The notes under the pieces: generated by a model | The model's database searches: none | The model's input: only the letters and a program-made list of their open reading frames with translations | What the model was told of the DNA's origin: nothing | NCBI GenBank assembly: GCA_046290465.1 | Contig: JBKAGP010000001.1 | Location: forward strand, 4,608,001-4,672,000 | From: Planctomycetota bacterium | GTDB taxonomy: Bacteria; Planctomycetota; UBA1135; UBA2386 | DNA: 64,000 nucleotides | Direction: 5' to 3' | Translations under genes and position numbers: made by a program | In this document: positions 18,054 to 26,776 of the stretch, in pieces | How positions within the stretch are numbered: position 1 is the stretch's first letter | Layout of the letters: every line of letters starts with the position of its first letter

Positions 18054-18149
18054 TCGAACCCGGCGATTCGCTGCGGTGGGGAACCACCGCGGCACCGGGG
18101 GCCGGCCTTCGGGCCGGCGATGCTCCTACGTACGGACCGTGGGTGCGGC

Positions 18150-18197
18150 GGGTCGTATGACGGGTCGGATGGCGGGTCGGATGGTGGGTCCGATGCC
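18150..18197. repeat. 12-bp imperfect tandem repeat x4 (GGGTCGGATGGC)
   Basis: gggtcgtatgac gggtcggatggc gggtcggatggt gggtccgatgcc, intergenic. Confidence 0.85.
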
Positions 18198-18385
18198 GGT
18201 GCGCTGTGAGTTGTAGCTGCACCAGAACCGGAAGCGACCCGAACCCGCAAGAGCAGGGTGCCTGCACGTCGAGGGAAGCCGGCCAAGGGTCGAGGGCCGA
18301 GCATCCGCACGTGCATCCAGGAGGGCATCGTGCTCTGCGCCGGGCAGGCCCCGGGCAGGCCGTAGGACTGCTCGAGGCGGATGCA

Positions 18386-18429
18386 GCGACCGGCGGCTGC
18401 AGGCTGCCATAGGCTGCAGCCACCGGTCG
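18386..18429. terminator. Long hairpin between convergent genes
   Basis: CGACCGGCGGCTGCAG ... CTGCAGCCACCGGTCG inverted repeat. Confidence 0.45.
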
Positions 18430-18481
18430 TGCGGACGCTACGGACGTGGCTTCGCGAGGGCCGCGTCCGTGACGCCGTGGA

Positions 18482-18952
18482 TCAGTCGCCGGCCGCGCTT
18501 ACGAACAGGACCGTGCGCGTTCCGGAGCGTTCGTCGAACGCGACCGTCACGCGGTCGTCGACCCGGAGGTCGCTGCGCGATGCCGGGTCGCCGTTGCGGT
18601 AGATCGGCGTCTCGAGCTGGAGCTCGACCGCGACCAGCTTGCCGCCGTCCTGGACCTTGAGCTGGTCGCGGGCGACGGTGTCGACCTGGCCGCGCAGGAC
18701 CTCGTCGGCGGCAGCGAGCTGCGCCTTCAGGTGCTCGGGAAGCGGCGCCGGCTCTTCGGAGCCGTTGACGACGTCCTTCGCCTCGCGTCCCAGGCGCTCG
18801 AGGTCGCGCTCGACGCGCTGCTTGTCGACGGTGACGCCGACCGAGCTGCTGTTGTGAGCATGCGCGGCGTCGAACTCGATCCAGCCGGCGAACCAGCCGA
18901 TACCGCCGACGATCAGCGCGAGCAGGAAGATGAAACCTAGTGTCTTCAACAT
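18482..18952 (-). CDS. Hypothetical membrane-anchored protein
   Basis: N-terminal TM; C-terminal small beta domain (SDLRVDDRVTV); sigma-54 motif upstream. Confidence 0.7.
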   Translation of the reverse strand: MLKTLGFIFLLALIVGGIGWFAGWIEFDAAHAHNSSSVGVTVDKQRVERDLERLGREAKDVVNGSEEPAPLPEHLKAQLAAADEVLRGQVDTVARDQLKVQDGGKLVAVELQLETPIYRNGDPASRSDLRVDDRVTVAFDERSGTRTVLFVSAAGD

Positions 18953-18974
18953 GTGAAACCTCTGCCGTGGATGT

Positions 18975-18990
18975 AGCAACGTCCGTGCCG
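18975..18990 (-). promoter_or_regulatory. Sigma-54 promoter
   Basis: Minus strand CGGCACGGACGTTGCT. Confidence 0.65.
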
Positions 18991-19082
18991 CGTGTGGGCG
19001 TGGGCGGGTTGCGGAAACGAAGCGGGCCGAGGTGGGCGCGGTGCCCGACCTCGGCCCGTCGATCGACGTGGTCGATGGTTCG

Positions 19083-19883
19083 TTACGGGCGATCGCCGCC
19101 TTCGCGGTCCTCCTCTTCGCCTGCGCGCGCCTTCGAGCGAGCCTCGTCGGCTTGCTCCGACGCGCCGGTGTCGATGCTGGCCGCGAAGATCTGGTCGATC
19201 GGTTCGACCGGCTGCAGGCGCGCCGCTTCCGGAACCTCCTGACGACGGGCGTCGATCATCTCCCGGCGCAGGGCGACGCGGCGTTCGGCGACCTTGGCCT
19301 CGAGCAGCGACTGCTCGACGCGGTCGACCGCCTGGCACACCTTGGCGCGGTACGACGGCACATCGACCTCGGAGGCCTGCGGGCGATCGAGTTGGGCGAC
19401 GGCCTCGGCCTTATGGAGTTCGAGGCGCGCATCGGCGAGGCAGGCGCGGCTCTCGACCAGCGCCTTGCGCTTCACGGCGAGCGTGGCGACGTCGTCGTAG
19501 TAGGCGCGCTTGGCGTGCTCCAGGCGGCGGGCGTCGTTGATCTCGACGACCAGCGCTTCGGCCTCGCGGACCTGCTCCTGGCCGCTGTGGCGGCGCGCGT
19601 GGTGCACGCGGCTGGTGGCGTCGGCCAGCCGCGCTTCGGTGGTCGAGCAGTTGGCGTCGGCGAGGTCGCGCAGGTTGCGAACCTCGTTCAGGTCACGATC
19701 GGCGATCGCGACCTGCTCGCGGTACTCCGCGGCCTCACGTCGGGTCGCATCGATCCGGTCTTGCTTCGCCTCCGGAACGAACGCGAGCAAGCCGTCGCGC
19801 TCGTTGCTCGGCAGGTCGTGGTGGGTGGAACAGCCGACGGCGAACATGGAGCTGGCCAGCAGGGGGAAGGTGATTGCTTTCAT
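19083..19883 (-). CDS. Hypothetical coiled-coil lipoprotein
   Basis: MKAITFPLLASSMFAVGC lipobox; Ala/Glu/Arg-rich helices. Confidence 0.7.
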   Translation of the reverse strand: MKAITFPLLASSMFAVGCSTHHDLPSNERDGLLAFVPEAKQDRIDATRREAAEYREQVAIADRDLNEVRNLRDLADANCSTTEARLADATSRVHHARRHSGQEQVREAEALVVEINDARRLEHAKRAYYDDVATLAVKRKALVESRACLADARLELHKAEAVAQLDRPQASEVDVPSYRAKVCQAVDRVEQSLLEAKVAERRVALRREMIDARRQEVPEAARLQPVEPIDQIFAASIDTGASEQADEARSKARAGEEEDREGGDRP

Positions 19884-20136
19884 GATGGGCCTTGCCTCGT
19901 GGGCGGTAGGCCGCGGGTTCCAACAACCGTGCCAGGGCCCGGGTGGCGGCGCATCGGCACGAGGTTGCGGCCCTCGCGCGGGCAGGCGCCGGGCTGAGGT
20001 CGCGGTGCGTTCTCGCGGACGATGGCGGTGCGCCGTGGACCGTGTCGTTTCTACAAAGCACGACGATCTGCTCGGGTGCGGTGCGCGGCGGCTCCGCGAC
20101 GCTGCGTCGACGGCCGCGTCGGCGTGCGGCGGGGCG

Positions 20137-20152
20137 TGGCTCGGCAGTTGCA
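20137..20152 (+). promoter_or_regulatory. Sigma-54 promoter upstream of the phoD-like gene
   Basis: TGGCTCGGCAGTTGCA. Confidence 0.55.
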
Positions 20153-20172
20153 CGTCGCGAGACGCTCACGCG

Positions 20173-21693
20173 ATGAAGAACAGCTTTCGAGAAGACCCGG
20201 TGGACGACCTGCTCGCGATCGGCGCGGTCGACCAGGACAGTGCCAGGATCTGGGTTCGCAGCGCCACTCCGGGCCCACACGTATTGGAGGTGGCGGAGGC
20301 CGGCGACGCGGCGCGGCGACGCGTGCCGTTCGACGTGCCGGCGGACCCTGCTGCGGACAACCTGGCCGTGGTCACGGCGAACGGGCTCGCGCCGGGACGC
20401 GCGCACACCGTTGCCGTCGAACGCCCGGCGGACGAGGTCCTGCCGGCTCGGTCGATCGGAGCAGGTCGCTTCCGGACCGCGCCCGATACCGCAGGCGAGC
20501 GCGTCACGATCGGCGTGATGAGCTGCCACCAGCCGTTCGACGAGCAGGGTCGCTTCGATCCGGACGCGCGTGCGATGCTGGCGGGAGCCGACCAGCTGCT
20601 GCGCGAACGTGACGCCGCGTTCGTCTTGATGCTGGGCGACCAGATGTACTCCGACGCGCCCGACGGCTGCTCGCTGTACGACGACGACCACTTCGCGACC
20701 GTCGCGCCGCCGGGGCGCCGTCGCCTGCTCGACTGCGACGCGAACGAGGTCCGCAGGCTCTATCGCGAACGCCATCGCCGGTTCTTCGCGATGCCGGGCT
20801 GGCGCGAGCTGCTGGCAGGACGTCCGTGCTACGCGACGCTCGACGACCACGAGGTGGTCAACAACTGGGGCTCGTCGCCAGCGCACGACAGCGACGAATG
20901 GGCGGCTGTCCGGGACGGTGCGCTGCGCGCGTTCGTCGACTACCAGGGCAGCCGCGTCTACGACGTGCCCGAGCGACTGCCGCCGTCGCTGCACTTCTCG
21001 TTCTGCCACGGGCCGGTCGCGGTGATGGTCACCGACATGCGCACGCCGCGCTCGATCGCGCGTGGCACGCTGTTCGGCGAGCACCAGCTCACGGCGATCG
21101 AACGGTTCCTGCGGATGCACCGCGACGCGCCGGTCGCGGTCGTCGCGACGTCCCTGCCGTTGTTCCACATCCCCAAGCCGATGGCCTACCTGGGCGGCCT
21201 GCTGACCCCCGACGGCGACGACTTCTCCGATCGCGCGATCCACCCCGCGTTCGAGCACGAGTACCGGCGGATCTGCGCGATCCTGCGCTCGCACGTCGAA
21301 CGCCACCCCGAGCAGCAACTGGTGCTGGTCAGCGGCGACATCCATCTCGGTGCGATCTGCGCGATCGAGTGGCCCGGCGGCAGCAAGGCGGCGCAGCTGA
21401 TCTCGAGCGGCGTCACGCGCAGCCCGGAGACGGGCGTGGCCCTCGCCAGTTCTGCGGCGGTGCAGATGTCGCACCTGTCGCCGGATCGGTCCGGCGACGT
21501 GCCGTCCGCGACCGTGGTCGAGACCGAGGCGGACAACCCGTTCCTCAACCGCAACATGGGACTCGTCGACGTCGTGCCCGATGGGGACGGTGGGTATGCG
21601 GTTGAGCTTTCGCTGCACGGCCTGCTCGATGGTGGGCGCGATGGCGGTCGCTTCGGGGAAGCCGTCCGACAGCGGATGCACGGTCAGGGGTGA
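20173..21693 (+). CDS. PhoD-like alkaline phosphatase/phosphodiesterase
   Basis: GRFRTAP, MSC, LGDQMYSD, DDHEVVNNW, DMRTPR, SGDIH; no signal peptide seen. Confidence 0.85.
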   Translation: MKNSFREDPVDDLLAIGAVDQDSARIWVRSATPGPHVLEVAEAGDAARRRVPFDVPADPAADNLAVVTANGLAPGRAHTVAVERPADEVLPARSIGAGRFRTAPDTAGERVTIGVMSCHQPFDEQGRFDPDARAMLAGADQLLRERDAAFVLMLGDQMYSDAPDGCSLYDDDHFATVAPPGRRRLLDCDANEVRRLYRERHRRFFAMPGWRELLAGRPCYATLDDHEVVNNWGSSPAHDSDEWAAVRDGALRAFVDYQGSRVYDVPERLPPSLHFSFCHGPVAVMVTDMRTPRSIARGTLFGEHQLTAIERFLRMHRDAPVAVVATSLPLFHIPKPMAYLGGLLTPDGDDFSDRAIHPAFEHEYRRICAILRSHVERHPEQQLVLVSGDIHLGAICAIEWPGGSKAAQLISSGVTRSPETGVALASSAAVQMSHLSPDRSGDVPSATVVETEADNPFLNRNMGLVDVVPDGDGGYAVELSLHGLLDGGRDGGRFGEAVRQRMHGQG

Positions 21694-21717
21694 TCCCGCG
21701 AACGGAGACCTGGAAGC

Positions 21718-22623
21718 GTGCTTAGAACGAAGCGGGCAGCAGCCATCACGTGGCGGGCGGTCGTGGGATTCGTCGAGGACGATGCGTTGACCCACAGCGC
21801 CGCGGTCGCGTTCTACAGCGTGCTGTCGCTGGCACCGATCCTCGTGCTGATGCTCTGGGTCTCGTCCGGACTTGGCGACGAGGTTCAAGGCCAGTTGGTC
21901 GAGGAGCTGGCTCGGTTGATGGGCGCCGAGAGCGCCGAGGTCGTGCGTCGCGTGATGGAGATCACGGACACCACCGACGACGAGACCGCGACCATGTCCG
22001 GGTGGCTCAGCGGCGGCATGCTGGTCCTGTCTGCCACGGCCGTGTTCGCGCAGTTGCAGTTCGCGCTCAACGCTATCTGGGAAGTCCCTGCAAGGTCCGA
22101 TCGCAAGATGATCCTGCCGTGGTTGCGCAAACGAATGCTGTCGCTCGGACTGATCGTGTCGACCGGCTTCCTGCTGTTGGTTTCGATGATCGTCAGCTCC
22201 GCGCTGACGGCGGTCCTCGGCGCGCTCCACGATCAGTTGTTCGAGACCTCGACGATCGTCTGGGTGCTCACGGAACAGGCGCTGCCGTTCGCCGTCTACC
22301 TGCTGCTGTTCATGGCGGTGTTCCGGTTCGTGCCCGACGTGCGGCTGCGGTGGCGCGACGTGGCCTTCGGTTCGTTGGTCACCGCAGGCCTGTTCCTGCT
22401 CGGCAAGTCGTGCATCGGGATCTACCTTGGCACCAGCGGGCTCCGTTCGAGCTATGGCGCCGCCGGCTCGCTGGCGATGATGTCGATCTGGGTCTACTAC
22501 TCGGTGGCGATCGTCCTGTTCGGTGCCGAGCTGACCAAGGCGCGGGTCGGGGCTCGCGACCAGGCCGTGCCGTTGGAGGCGCATGCCGGGCAGGCGTCGG
22601 CGCAGGCTCGTTCGCTTGACTGA
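21718..22623 (+). CDS. YihY/BrkB family membrane protein
   Basis: AAVAFYSVLSLAP, ALNAIW, YGAAGSL, WVYYS...LFGAE. Confidence 0.9.
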   Translation: MLRTKRAAAITWRAVVGFVEDDALTHSAAVAFYSVLSLAPILVLMLWVSSGLGDEVQGQLVEELARLMGAESAEVVRRVMEITDTTDDETATMSGWLSGGMLVLSATAVFAQLQFALNAIWEVPARSDRKMILPWLRKRMLSLGLIVSTGFLLLVSMIVSSALTAVLGALHDQLFETSTIVWVLTEQALPFAVYLLLFMAVFRFVPDVRLRWRDVAFGSLVTAGLFLLGKSCIGIYLGTSGLRSSYGAAGSLAMMSIWVYYSVAIVLFGAELTKARVGARDQAVPLEAHAGQASAQARSLD

Positions 22624-22678
22624 TTCCTTCACGCGATGTTGCCCCGACTCGCGTCGCCGAGCCGGTGGCGTCGCGCCG

Positions 22679-23338
22679 TCAATCGAGCTGCGTGATCAAC
22701 CAGGCACCGCCGAGCAGCCCGGAGGCCGTGGCGGTGAGCACGGCGACCTTGGGAAATCGGGCCGCCAGCACCATCGCTCCGCCGACGACGGCAGCCGCGA
22801 CGGCGAGCAGGAGCGACTCGAGCAGCCAGTCCTGCAGGGTCCAGCTGCTGTCGGTGTGTGGCGCAACGGACGTCGGCGCGGGGTTGCGGGCCAGTTGTGT
22901 CTTCGCTTCGCGGTCTCCGCCCTGGGCTCGAACCTGCTCGAAGGTTGCCCTTCGCTTTGCGACGCGGGCCTCGACTTCGGTCGCCGTCGCGGTCCGTTCG
23001 CTGGGCAGGCCGGTCGACGCGTCGGGGCTGCCGTCTGCGCCGCTGCGCGCGTCGACGCGGCCTTCGTCGATCTTCGGCGGCTCGCTCGCGTGCGCGGGAC
23101 GATCGAGAGGCTGTGTCGCAACCTCCGAGAACGCCGCGGCATCCTCAGGATCGTCGCCGGCTTCTGTGCCGCCGACGACCTCGTCGTCGTCGTCATCAAC
23201 GGCCTGCTCGGGCCGGAACGGCCGATCGCTGTCGACGACTTCGAGGCGTTCGAGCGGCTGCTGCCGCTCGACCCCGCCGAACAGGCTGCAGCCGCAGATG
23301 GCCAGCAACGGCAACCAGAGGATCGATCGCGCGTTCAT
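22679..23338 (-). CDS. Hypothetical lipoprotein with C-terminal TM helices
   Basis: MNARSILWLPLLAICGC lipobox, acidic linker, two hydrophobic C-terminal helices; overlaps the upstream stop (ATGA). Confidence 0.6.
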   Translation of the reverse strand: MNARSILWLPLLAICGCSLFGGVERQQPLERLEVVDSDRPFRPEQAVDDDDDEVVGGTEAGDDPEDAAAFSEVATQPLDRPAHASEPPKIDEGRVDARSGADGSPDASTGLPSERTATATEVEARVAKRRATFEQVRAQGGDREAKTQLARNPAPTSVAPHTDSSWTLQDWLLESLLLAVAAAVVGGAMVLAARFPKVAVLTATASGLLGGAWLITQLD

Positions 23339-24543
23339 CCGGACCTCTGCTGGGGTCCGGAGGAGGTTGGATGCGGTCGGGTGATGTCGTCGAGTTCGAC
23401 CGAATCGTCGATGGCCGGGCCGAGCGCGACCAGGAAGGCGTTGCGCAGGATGCTGCCGACGGCCGTGACGAGGTCGGGCGTCACCTCGCTCCAGGTCCCG
23501 GAGACCGGGGTCCTCGCGGCCAGGCGATCGTGCGGCTGGTTCTCGAGCACTTCGGCAGCGACGGCAACCAGGCCTTCCCACAGGTTCTGGGCTGCATCTA
23601 CGGGCGAGTTCCACTCCTCGAAGTGGGTGACCTGCAGATCCTCGAACAGCGTCTTCACGTAGCCTTCGACCCGCCCCGACGAGCTGGCGAACTCCGAGTA
23701 GACGTCGAGCGTTCCGCCCTCCGCCTCGACGCTGCCGTATGCGGCGAAGAAGTCGTTGAGGTCGGTCAGTTGGAGCTTGCGCACGGACGCGTCGAGTTCG
23801 AATCGCGGCGGGTGCGTCAGCGGGTCGAACCGCAGGCGGGCTTCGAACTCACCTGTGCCGAACGGGCGTCCGGCTGCTTCGACCTCGGCCGGCAACTGCG
23901 CGGCGTCTTCGTCGTCGGTGGCGCCCTCCCCGCGGATGTTGGTCACGTTGAGCGCCTCGAGATAGAAGTCGGTGATGTAGGCGTCGACCATCGGGTCGGT
24001 CCTCACGTCCCGCACGCGGAGTTCCCCATCGCGCACGACGAAGCGGTTGATCTCGAACGGTGCGAACTCATCGAGCCGCGCCGTCCAGTCGGTCTGCTCG
24101 CCGGTTCGCTGCACGGGTTCGTGGTCCGCGAGCGCGAAGTCGGCGACCGGTTGATGCAGCGTGACCTCCGACACGATCCGGCCCCGCAGCAGGCCGGCCC
24201 ACTGCAGGGCGACGTCGATCCTCGCGACGGTCAGCAGCGGTCGCGCCGTGCGGTCGTCTGCTTCGAACAGCCGGAGACCGCGGATCTGGTGGGCGCCGCG
24301 CCACAACTTGAGGTCGACGCCTTCGATGGTCCCCCGCACGTTGTCGGCCTTGTCGAGCACATGGTTGATCCATGCACGCACCACCGAGGGCAGGGCGGCC
24401 CGCGCGCAGACCAGCACCAGCAGCGACCCGCAGAACGCACGCCAGAAGGTCAGGCGGCGTTTGCGGATCCGGTCGCCTGCGCGATCGTGGCACGAGGGAC
24501 TGGCGCCCCGATCCGGCGTGCGATGATGTCGATCGGTTCTCAT
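23335..24543 (-). CDS. DUF748/AsmA-like envelope protein
   Basis: TM, then GTIEGVDLKLWRG, LNDFFAAYG, GYVKTLFEDL, ILRNAF. Confidence 0.75.
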   Translation of the reverse strand: MRTDRHHRTPDRGASPSCHDRAGDRIRKRRLTFWRAFCGSLLVLVCARAALPSVVRAWINHVLDKADNVRGTIEGVDLKLWRGAHQIRGLRLFEADDRTARPLLTVARIDVALQWAGLLRGRIVSEVTLHQPVADFALADHEPVQRTGEQTDWTARLDEFAPFEINRFVVRDGELRVRDVRTDPMVDAYITDFYLEALNVTNIRGEGATDDEDAAQLPAEVEAAGRPFGTGEFEARLRFDPLTHPPRFELDASVRKLQLTDLNDFFAAYGSVEAEGGTLDVYSEFASSSGRVEGYVKTLFEDLQVTHFEEWNSPVDAAQNLWEGLVAVAAEVLENQPHDRLAARTPVSGTWSEVTPDLVTAVGSILRNAFLVALGPAIDDSVELDDITRPHPTSSGPQQRSG

Positions 24544-24560
24544 CGGTCCCGGGTCGCGTG

Positions 24561-24576
24561 CGCAACATCCATGCCC
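24561..24576 (-). promoter_or_regulatory. Sigma-54 promoter of the DUF748 gene
   Basis: Minus strand GGGCATGGATGTTGCG. Confidence 0.6.
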
Positions 24577-24710
24577 GTGCCGGTCGGCCCCGGGGTTCGA
24601 CGGCCCGCTCCGCGGCCGTATCGGTCGTGCGTGTGAGCAGATTGCAGATCTCGCACACGCACCGTTGCCCCGACGCAGGGATTCCGCGCGGGCCGTTCGT
24701 CCCACCGCGT

Positions 24711-24726
24711 TGGTACGCAGCTTGCT
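24711..24726 (+). promoter_or_regulatory. Sigma-54 promoter of sodC
   Basis: TGGTACGCAGCTTGCT. Confidence 0.7.
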
Positions 24727-24741
24727 CCACGGACTCCGGTC

Positions 24742-25272
24742 ATGAAGATGATTCGAAGTTGTTCCGTCGCCCTCCTCGCGCTGGCTGCCTGCACCTCGGA
24801 TGTCGGTTCGCACGGCCACTCCGTCGACACGGCGATCTGTGTCCTGCAGCCCGTCGGCGATTCCGGCGTGACCGGCAGGCTGCTCGTGACCCCGACGTCC
24901 GACGGTGTGCGGATCGTCGGTGAGGTGCGCGGCCTGACGCCGGGCGAGCACGGCTTCCATGTGCACGAGTTCGGCGACCTGAGCGACCTTCGCGAGGGCA
25001 AGTCCGCCGGCGGCCACTTCGCCCCGGGTGGCCACGATCACGGCGCGCGCGAGCACGGCGAACGGCACGCGGGTGACCTCGGCAACATCGTGGCGGGCGA
25101 CGACGGCGTCGCCAAGGTCGACATCCGGGACGGTGTGATCGCGCTCGGCGGCAAGCACTCGATCGTCGGTCGCGCCCTGGTCGTGCACGCCGAACGCGAC
25201 GACTACGGGCAGCCGACCGGCAACGCCGGGGCGCGCGTCGCGGTGGGCGTGATTGGTATCGCGCGGCGCTGA
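24742..25272 (+). CDS. sodC: Cu/Zn superoxide dismutase (lipoprotein)
   Basis: LAAC lipobox; [34 protein letters not shown]. Confidence 0.95.
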   Translation: MKMIRSCSVALLALAACTSDVGSHGHSVDTAICVLQPVGDSGVTGRLLVTPTSDGVRIVGEVRGLTPGEHGFHVHEFGDLSDLREGKSAGGHFAPGGHDHGAREHGERHAGDLGNIVAGDDGVAKVDIRDGVIALGGKHSIVGRALVVHAERDDYGQPTGNAGARVAVGVIGIARR

Positions 25273-25979
25273 TGCCGCCCGGATCTAGAAGCGCGTCCAT
25301 GTAGTGGACGCGCGGCCAACCATGATCGCGGAAGCGGCGTGTGCGCGTGCGGACGGGGCTTTGCCTCCTGACCCTCGTTCGGCTTCGCGTCGAGCGGGGC
25401 CTCGAGGTCGCGCGCGAGCAGGATCGCATCGGCGATGTCGAGCAGCTTGCGCCGCTTGCTGGCGGCGGTCTTCTGCAGCATGCGGAAGGCCTCCGACTCG
25501 TCGAGGCCGTGCTGCTTCATCAGCACGCCCTTGGCCTTCTCGATCGTCTTCCGCGCCGTCAGCGCCGACTTCAGGTCCTGCACCTCGGCCTGCAGTTCGC
25601 GGAACTGCTCGAACCGCGCGAGGACCAGCTTGATGGTGGGGCGCAGATCCTCCTCCACGACCGGCTCGACCAGGTACGCCATCACGTGGTCCTCGAGCGC
25701 CCGTTCGACGCTGGCGAGGTCCGAGCGCGGGGTGACGATGATGCTCGGCAGCGGGTCGATGCGGGAGATGTCGATCAGCGAGCGGATCGCGTCCCCGTCC
25801 TCGAGTCGCAGCGACGACAGGATCAGGTCCGGTCGCGTGCCGCGGCACGTCGACATGACCTCGGCGCGCGTCGAGACGTGCCCCGCGACGTCGTGGCCCA
25901 GGGACGTCAGTAGCTGCGACAGCTCGTTGCCGCGTTCCGTATCGTGATGGGCAACCAGGATCTTGTGACTCTCGTCCAT
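25203..25979 (-). CDS. ANTAR-domain regulator with a pseudo-receiver domain (NasT/AmiR-like)
   Basis: [12 protein letters not shown]...[15 protein letters not shown] signature; receiver lacks the phosphoacceptor Asp (DLILSS) and the Lys (YLVEP). Confidence 0.88.
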   Translation of the reverse strand: MDESHKILVAHHDTERGNELSQLLTSLGHDVAGHVSTRAEVMSTCRGTRPDLILSSLRLEDGDAIRSLIDISRIDPLPSIIVTPRSDLASVERALEDHVMAYLVEPVVEEDLRPTIKLVLARFEQFRELQAEVQDLKSALTARKTIEKAKGVLMKQHGLDESEAFRMLQKTAASKRRKLLDIADAILLARDLEAPLDAKPNEGQEAKPRPHAHTPLPRSWLAARPLHGRASRSGRHQRRAIPITPTATRAPALPVGCP

Positions 25980-26012
25980 GGGGTTCGGCGGGATGGGGGG
26001 AGCTTGCCGCAC

Positions 26013-26028
26013 AGCAAGATACCTGCCA
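26013..26028 (-). promoter_or_regulatory. Sigma-54 promoter of the ANTAR gene
   Basis: Minus strand TGGCAGGTATCTTGCT. Confidence 0.7.
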
Positions 26029-26155
26029 GGCCACGGGGTTCGCCGGAGGAATTATCTCGCCAGGGGCTGGCCACGGTCGTGGCGTGGCCGCTACAAGGTA
26101 TGGGTCTTCGTCCGCTGACCCATGACGGCTCGGTTTGGACTCGCCAAGAGCCATC

Positions 26156-26776
26156 ATGGAAAGTCATCGCCAGCGTTCTGGCGTTGCCGGGGCTGCGCAT
26201 GCGCGCCTCCGCGACGCCACCATCCGCGTGCACGGTCTGCTCGAACGGGACCTGCTGATCAACTCGGTCGACCCGTCCGAGGACGACCGCCGCCGCTTCC
26301 TGGCCGCCCTCTATGGCTGGCTGGAGCCGACCGGAGCCAGACTGTGGACGCACGGTTGGAGCAGCGCGAGCGAGCCGGGCCTGCGCGCACGCAAGTACGA
26401 CTGGCTGCGCCGCGACCTCGAGGCCAACGGGATCGCGTGCGCGCGGCTGCCGATGGCGCGACAGTCGCTCGTGGTGTGCGATCCGTGGGCACGCATCGGC
26501 CTCGCCTACGTGCACGAGGGATCCCTGCTCGGCGGCCTGGTGCTCAAGCATCGCTGGCAGGGTGTCGGCTCGCCGCTCGCCGCGTCGCGCTACCTGACCG
26601 GCTACGGCCTGCGGCAACCGGACCTGTGGCGGTCGTTCCTGGCGGAGATCGAAGCTCTGTGCGCGGACAGCCCGGACGGGCTCGAACGGTCCTGCGACCA
26701 TGCGGTCGCCGCGTTCGGCTCGCTGCACGAGTGGTTTCGTGAGCAGGGCGTGACCAGGTTGCGGGGGAGCAGGTGA
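26156..26776 (+). CDS. bphO: Biliverdin-producing heme oxygenase
   Basis: LRDATIRVH (proximal His) and YVHEGSLLGG; overlaps the phytochrome start. Confidence 0.85.
   Translation: MESHRQRSGVAGAAHARLRDATIRVHGLLERDLLINSVDPSEDDRRRFLAALYGWLEPTGARLWTHGWSSASEPGLRARKYDWLRRDLEANGIACARLPMARQSLVVCDPWARIGLAYVHEGSLLGGLVLKHRWQGVGSPLAASRYLTGYGLRQPDLWRSFLAEIEALCADSPDGLERSCDHAVAAFGSLHEWFREQGVTRLRGSR

Noticed and set aside
14736..18095. Apparent 1375-aa BirA fusion
   Set aside because: The upstream part is antisense to the glycosyltransferase and TPR genes; only 13968..14735 has BirA motifs.
19919..19934. Sigma-54-like TGGCACGGTTGTTGGA upstream of the lipoprotein
   Set aside because: The -12 dinucleotide is GG rather than GC, so it was not counted, though it could be a weak variant.
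25203..25272. 70-bp convergent overlap of the ANTAR gene tail with sodC
   Set aside because: The tail after the ANTAR domain looks like unconstrained extension in GC-rich DNA; no evidence of function.
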